Source of the DNA: Candidatus Helarchaeota ASGARD archaeon Hel_GB_B
GTDB lineage: Archaea > Asgardarchaeota > Lokiarchaeia > Helarchaeales > HEL-GB-B
NCBI GenBank assembly: GCA_005191425.1
Contig: SUPR01000029.1
Location: 4,737 to 36,736, forward strand
Direction: 5' to 3'
DNA: 32,000 bases
The position numbers and the translations under genes were made by a program. Positions 27,497 to 32,000 of this stretch are shown in pieces. The first letter of the stretch is position 1. Each line of letters begins with the position of its first letter. The notes beneath the pieces are model-generated. The model saw only the letters and a program-made list of their open reading frames with translations, was not told where the DNA came from and made no database searches.

Positions 27497-28315
27497 ATGG
27501 CAAATATTAAATTGTTTTATGAGGGTTTCAAAAAAAGTAATAAAATAATGAGAGTAGCAGGATTTATGTCTGGCTCCGGGACTAATATTCAGAAAATATT
27601 AGAGTACCAACAAAAATTAGGGCATAATTCACCTTTTGAACTAGTCTTTTTGTTTAGTAATAATCCAGATCCTGAGAAATGTAAAATTCGGGAAATTGCA
27701 AATAGATATAATCTTGAATATAAAATTAATGATCTAAAAAAATTTTACAGAGAAAAAGGACTTGATGATATAAGCGATTTAGAGGTACGAAAAGATTATG
27801 ATTTAATCACTTTAAATTTTTTAAAAGAACGGGACATTGATGCAGTTGTTTTAGGTGGATATATGGCTATTGTGACTGAAGTAATCTTCAAGAATTTTAC
27901 AACAATTAATGTTCATCCTGCAGATTTATCAATTATAGACCCTCAAACACATAGACGGAAATATACTGGCGACCACGCCGTTATGGACGCAATATTAGCA
28001 GGAGAAAAAGAATTAAGGTCAAGCGTACATATTGTAACCGAAAAAATAGACGGTGGACCAATTATTCTAATTTCTAAACCCCTTAAAGTAGAATTACCTC
28101 CTAACATTTTATTGGAGGACCTTAAACAACCAAATAACAAGGACATGCTTAAAAAAATTTCAGATGAACACCAAAATAAATTAAAACAAATTGGTGATTG
28201 GAAAATTTTCCCTCTAGCTCTTGAATATATTGCAAGAGGTTTTATTGGATTTGATGAAAATTTTCAATTATACTACAAAAACAAACCAATTCCAAATGGT
28301 ATAAAATTGACATAA
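27497..28315 (+). CDS. purN: Formyltransferase, phosphoribosylglycinamide formyltransferase (PurN)-like, long variant
   Basis: MSGSGTN phosphate loop, VLGGYM, catalytic INVHP and SSVHIVTEKIDGGPII. SD GGAG at ~27485. Confidence 0.8.
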   Translation: MANIKLFYEGFKKSNKIMRVAGFMSGSGTNIQKILEYQQKLGHNSPFELVFLFSNNPDPEKCKIREIANRYNLEYKINDLKKFYREKGLDDISDLEVRKDYDLITLNFLKERDIDAVVLGGYMAIVTEVIFKNFTTINVHPADLSIIDPQTHRRKYTGDHAVMDAILAGEKELRSSVHIVTEKIDGGPIILISKPLKVELPPNILLEDLKQPNNKDMLKKISDEHQNKLKQIGDWKIFPLALEYIARGFIGFDENFQLYYKNKPIPNGIKLT

Positions 28316-28381
28316 TTAAAAGAATATATTTTGCTATAAATTTAATTTCTTTATGAAAATAAGTAAAACTTTTATTTGATT

Positions 28382-28645
28382 TTAAATATTTTCTTGTAAT
28401 TTCTTTAATAAATTCTGATTCTTTTTATTTAAAATTAAAAAAATATAGTCCATTTTCTCCAAAAGTTTCTTAAATAATTCGTCATTATTTATTTTTATTG
28501 CAGATTTCAGTCCTGATTTAAAAAGTAAAATTAATGCCTGATAACATTTATTGTCATTGCATAAATTGTCAATGATTTTTAAATTATTGTTAAATAAATG
28601 TTTCCACGCTTGTTCTAATTCATAGTACGTATTTTGTTGTGTCAT
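28382..28645 (-). CDS. Small helical hypothetical protein (87 aa)
   Basis: ATG start, amphipathic helical pattern, same strand as the upstream phosphoesterase. Confidence 0.5.
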   Translation of the reverse strand: MTQQNTYYELEQAWKHLFNNNLKIIDNLCNDNKCYQALILLFKSGLKSAIKINNDELFKKLLEKMDYIFLILNKKNQNLLKKLQENI

Positions 28646-28764
28646 TTTTAATCATGATTAGTTTAATTCTTAAATTCATAATTTTTTATGAAATTAGATT
28701 AATAGAATTAAATAAATATATTAAAATTCTTTTATAACAATATATAGAATTCATGTTGGATTCA

Positions 28765-29391
28765 TTAACTCAAATTTATGATTGTAAATTCGGCGTTATC
28801 ATATTGAAAATACACTCCTTTAGGACCAACATTTTGAAAAATTATGTTTTTTAATTTTGCAGTTTTATACCAATTTTCATGAATATGACCAAATAAAACA
28901 AGTTTAGGTCTAAATTCAAGAATCAGATCTAAATATTCCTTAACTCCAGCATGTTTTCCATCAACCGTTTTATCACAAATTGAATAAGGGGGGACATGAG
29001 AAATTAATATGAAATTTTTCAATGAGCTTATATTTTTTTGCAAAATCTTTTTGAATTTACTGATATTCCAGACCATGTCATATTCATCACCCCCTATCCC
29101 TGTAATCCAAAAATTTTCATCGTTTAAATTAAAAATTTCTAAATGGCAATTTTTTCCAAACTGCATCTTAAAATCGATATTAAATTCATCATCATTTCCC
29201 CAGACGTAATAAACAGGTAATTCTAAATGTTTGACCCGCATTTCTAATCTATTTATTGATATTTTATTTCTAAAATCACCGCATAAAATCACAAAATCTG
29301 GCGAATATTTTTTTATTTTTTGTTTTACATCTACAAAATAATTTTTATAACCAAAAAGTCCGTGAAAATCAGAAAAAGCCAGAAATTTCAT
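28765..29391 (-). CDS. Calcineurin-like metallophosphoesterase
   Basis: SDFHG, CGDF, WGNDD, SHVPP and FGHIHE metal-binding motifs. Confidence 0.9.
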   Translation of the reverse strand: MKFLAFSDFHGLFGYKNYFVDVKQKIKKYSPDFVILCGDFRNKISINRLEMRVKHLELPVYYVWGNDDEFNIDFKMQFGKNCHLEIFNLNDENFWITGIGGDEYDMVWNISKFKKILQKNISSLKNFILISHVPPYSICDKTVDGKHAGVKEYLDLILEFRPKLVLFGHIHENWYKTAKLKNIIFQNVGPKGVYFQYDNAEFTIINLS

Positions 29392-29529
29392 TAAATATCT
29401 CTCTTAACTAACATCAATTTAGAAATAAATTTAATTCATTAATTTATAAAATATTTCAATACACTTATAATTTTTATTTAATTAAAATTTTAAAATTAGG
29501 TTATTCTTAAATAAAGGAAATGATTATTT

Positions 29530-31149
29530 ATGAAGTCTGTTTGTATAAGGAATGGAAAAATTATTGATGGAACGGGAAATCCTTGGTATAAAGCAGAAAT
29601 TGCTGTAATAAATGGAAAAATTAATGAGATATCTCGTAAAATAGATAGTAAGAATTTTGATGAAGAAATAGATGCTACTGGGCTAATAGTATCACCAGGA
29701 TTTATTGATATTCATACGCATTCGGATCTTACGATTACAGCTCCAGCTAAAAATGTTATTACTCAAGGTGTAACAACTCATGTTATTGGTAATTGCGGTT
29801 TTTCTTTAACGCCAATGGACCCGGAAAATTCTCAATCAACTGTTCTTGCTAATATGTTAGCATCAATTACAGGAGTAAGGTCGTATACACTTAAATTTCG
29901 CAATTTAACGGAATTTTTCGAAAGTTTAAGAAAAGAAGGTATAGTAATTAATACAATACCACTCATTGGGCATTCAATGTTGAGAATACAGGTAATGGGA
30001 TTAAAAAAGCGAGCGCCTAATACAGATGAACTCCAGAAAATGAAAGACCTATTAGAAGAAGAGTTAAAACGCGGGGCATTTGGAATGTCAACTGGATTAG
30101 ACTATCCACCAGGTTCATTTTCAAAAACTGAAGAAATTATAGAACTCTGTAAAGTTGTTAAAAAATATAATGGTATTTATACAACTCATTTCAGAGGATT
30201 TGCAAGTGGACTTGTCCGTGCTACTAAGGAAGTTATAAAAATTGTCGAAGGATCTGGCGTTTCAGCTGAAATTTCCCATTTTAAACCATTTGGATTTTGG
30301 ATTGGTGATATCAAACGCGCATATCTATTAGTTGAAAAAGCCCGAGATAAAGGACTTGAAATTACTTTTGATGTATTTCCACATGCATCTAATTATACAT
30401 TTCTCTTTGCTCTAATTCCTCCATGGGTATATCAATCTAAAGATAAATTAGATATTAATAAAGGCATTGATATTTTAAAAAAGATGCGTTCAGATATTGA
30501 ATTAAAAAATAGAATCTATATGGAAATGGATCAAATTGTAAGTAGCTTTTTAAAAATTAAAGAATTTGAAGACTGGAAAAAAGTATATGTAAGTGCACCG
30601 GATAATGAAGAATTTAATGGAAAAACAATTTATAAAATAGCTAAGGATAAAAATCTAGATCCTCGTGAAGCTGTAATTAAAGTATTAATCGAATTAAATG
30701 GTAACGCAAGCGGTACTTATCTTTCAATGAGTGAAGAAGATAACCTAATTACAATAACCCATCCATTATCCATGTTTGCTTCAGATGGTAAGGTAATTCC
30801 TGAAAATAGTAATGTATTTCCAAATCCATATTGTAATGGCACTTTTACACAAGTCCTTGGAAAATATGTCCGGGAATTAAAAGCACTTACAATACAAGAT
30901 GCAATAAGAAAAATGACCTCATTTCCAGCTCAAAAATTAGGCCTTAAAGATAGAGGGTTAATAAAAGAAGGTAATTGGGCAGATATCACTATCTTTGACG
31001 CTGATAAAATAATCGATAAAGCTACTTATGAAAATCCTCGTCTCTATTCAGAAGGTATTGAGTATGTAATTATAAATGGCGAAATTGTCTATAAAAAAGG
31101 CGAATTTATGGATGTTAAGCCCGGTCATCCAATTCTAAGAACAACTTAA
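29530..31149 (+). CDS. N-acyl-D-amino-acid deacylase (D-aminoacylase, amidohydrolase family)
   Basis: IDGTGNP, PGFIDIHTHSD, GVTTHVIGNCG, GMSTGLDYPPG, ISHFK, ASDG and MTSFPA.KLGL.DRG.I.EG..ADI.IFD. Confidence 0.92.
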   Translation: MKSVCIRNGKIIDGTGNPWYKAEIAVINGKINEISRKIDSKNFDEEIDATGLIVSPGFIDIHTHSDLTITAPAKNVITQGVTTHVIGNCGFSLTPMDPENSQSTVLANMLASITGVRSYTLKFRNLTEFFESLRKEGIVINTIPLIGHSMLRIQVMGLKKRAPNTDELQKMKDLLEEELKRGAFGMSTGLDYPPGSFSKTEEIIELCKVVKKYNGIYTTHFRGFASGLVRATKEVIKIVEGSGVSAEISHFKPFGFWIGDIKRAYLLVEKARDKGLEITFDVFPHASNYTFLFALIPPWVYQSKDKLDINKGIDILKKMRSDIELKNRIYMEMDQIVSSFLKIKEFEDWKKVYVSAPDNEEFNGKTIYKIAKDKNLDPREAVIKVLIELNGNASGTYLSMSEEDNLITITHPLSMFASDGKVIPENSNVFPNPYCNGTFTQVLGKYVRELKALTIQDAIRKMTSFPAQKLGLKDRGLIKEGNWADITIFDADKIIDKATYENPRLYSEGIEYVIINGEIVYKKGEFMDVKPGHPILRTT

Positions 31150-31192
31150 AGATTTTAAAAAATCTTTTAAACTAAAATTTGGTACTAATATT

Positions 31193-31831
31193 ATGGTTAC
31201 TCCTGAATCAGCTGCAGCTTTAACAAATTTAAGAAATTTTAGTAATTTTAACTGGATATTCATAATACTATTGATAATCGTTTTATACATCTATGCCAAT
31301 GAATATCAAAAAAAGAACTATGAAATTATCATGGGAGCTCTTGGATTTTATGGTATGGACATATTTAACGAAATTTGGAATAGTTTGGTACTTCATATTA
31401 CTGGTGTCAGTGCATTATGGACCAGCTCGGTCGGAAATACTATGCTTATCATTTTCGTGGGTTTAAATTTAGAGATAACTTTAATGTTCGCAATTTTGGG
31501 AATTGTATTTTTAAAAATGATACCTGAAGACAAAACTAAAAAAATTTTTAAAATGATCCCTAATCGCTGGTTTTATGCAATATTATTTTCAGTACTTGCA
31601 ATGCTTATTGAAATGTTTCTTAATTATGCTGGATTACTTATTTGGTATTATCCCTTCTGGAATTTCTCGTTTCCATGGCTAATTATCCCTATTGGATATT
31701 TACACTTTTTTGTAATTGCATTTTGGATTCATGATATGAAAAAAAGGAAAAATCAAATTGCCACTTTAAGTATTATTTATATTATTGATATTGCATTAAT
31801 GCTGATTTTTATTCCAATTGGTTGGCTTTGA
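31193..31831 (+). CDS. Multi-pass membrane protein of unknown function
   Basis: About six hydrophobic helices with a conserved-looking 'DIFNEIWNSL...W...LIIFVGLNLEI' segment; 43 nt downstream of the deacylase. Confidence 0.8.
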   Translation: MVTPESAAALTNLRNFSNFNWIFIILLIIVLYIYANEYQKKNYEIIMGALGFYGMDIFNEIWNSLVLHITGVSALWTSSVGNTMLIIFVGLNLEITLMFAILGIVFLKMIPEDKTKKIFKMIPNRWFYAILFSVLAMLIEMFLNYAGLLIWYYPFWNFSFPWLIIPIGYLHFFVIAFWIHDMKKRKNQIATLSIIYIIDIALMLIFIPIGWL

Positions 31832-31998
31832 TCTAAAATGTTTTCAATTATTTGATCGATATTAATTAGATTCATTGATTTAATAGTATAGAAAATGTCT
31901 AAAAATCCATCTGCGTATTTAATTTCATTAAATTTTTTTACTTTATCTAATCCCAATAAAAGGACTTTTGATTTAATATTATAGAACTCTGTGAAATG
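31777..31998 (-). CDS. Possible 3' end of a gene entering from the right window edge
   Basis: Minus-strand frame is open from the edge for 73 codons (HFTEFYNIKSKVLLLGLDK...ISII*) and overlaps the 3' end of the convergent membrane gene by 55 nt. Confidence 0.35.
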   Translation of the reverse strand, partial: HFTEFYNIKSKVLLLGLDKVKKFNEIKYADGFLDIFYTIKSMNLINIDQIIENILDQSQPIGIKISINAISII

Positions 31999-32000
31999 CT

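Noticed and set aside
13855-29209. Further shadow ORFs (13855..14085, 24049..24252, 24164..24352, 26678..27052, 27943..28146, 29009..29209)
   Set aside because: Fully overlapped by well-supported genes and carry no motifs.
31777-31998. 'KVLLLGLD' resembling the Arf/Sar G1 lead-in
   Set aside because: It is not followed by xxGKT and lies in a C-terminal fragment, so it is not a small GTPase.
1-32000. tRNA/rRNA genes, CRISPR arrays, IS elements, att sites
   Set aside because: No GC-rich structured stretches, regularly spaced repeats, transposase/integrase motifs or terminal inverted repeats were seen.

Overview
Strongly AT-rich, gene-dense archaeal chromosomal segment, most likely an Asgard archaeon (Lokiarchaeia/Helarchaeales-like). 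This is inferred from two longin-type domains with the 'DxxLISG[FY]LTAIxSF' signature and from archaeal-type RadA/RadB/FEN1/XPD/Hel308 homologues. From left to right it holds: (i) a surface-protein operon (wHTH fragment, DOMON/CBM9-like protein, Ig-like protein, small 2-TM protein); (ii) a minus-strand block with an apparently catalytically dead LAGLIDADG domain fused to a TFE-alpha/TFIIE-like wHTH plus Zn ribbon, a divergent FEN1 and three membrane proteins; (iii) a Hel308/Ski2-like helicase with an inserted SWIM finger and a C-terminal longin domain, convergent with a RadA-like / membrane protein / XPD operon; (iv) a B12 radical SAM enzyme and a RadB-like gene; (v) an acyl-CoA dehydratase activase; (vi) a 1666-aa receptor-like protein (Ig repeats, TM, longin, wHTH, TPR-like); (vii) PurN, a metallophosphoesterase, a D-aminoacylase and a membrane protein. 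No rRNA, tRNA, CRISPR array or transposase was seen. The best leads are the LAGLIDADG-TFE fusion, the helicase-SWIM-longin fusion (possibly pairing with the longin-bearing receptor), and the ~12 kb cluster of divergent DNA repair/recombination genes interleaved with membrane proteins. All domain calls were made by eye from motifs; no searches were run.
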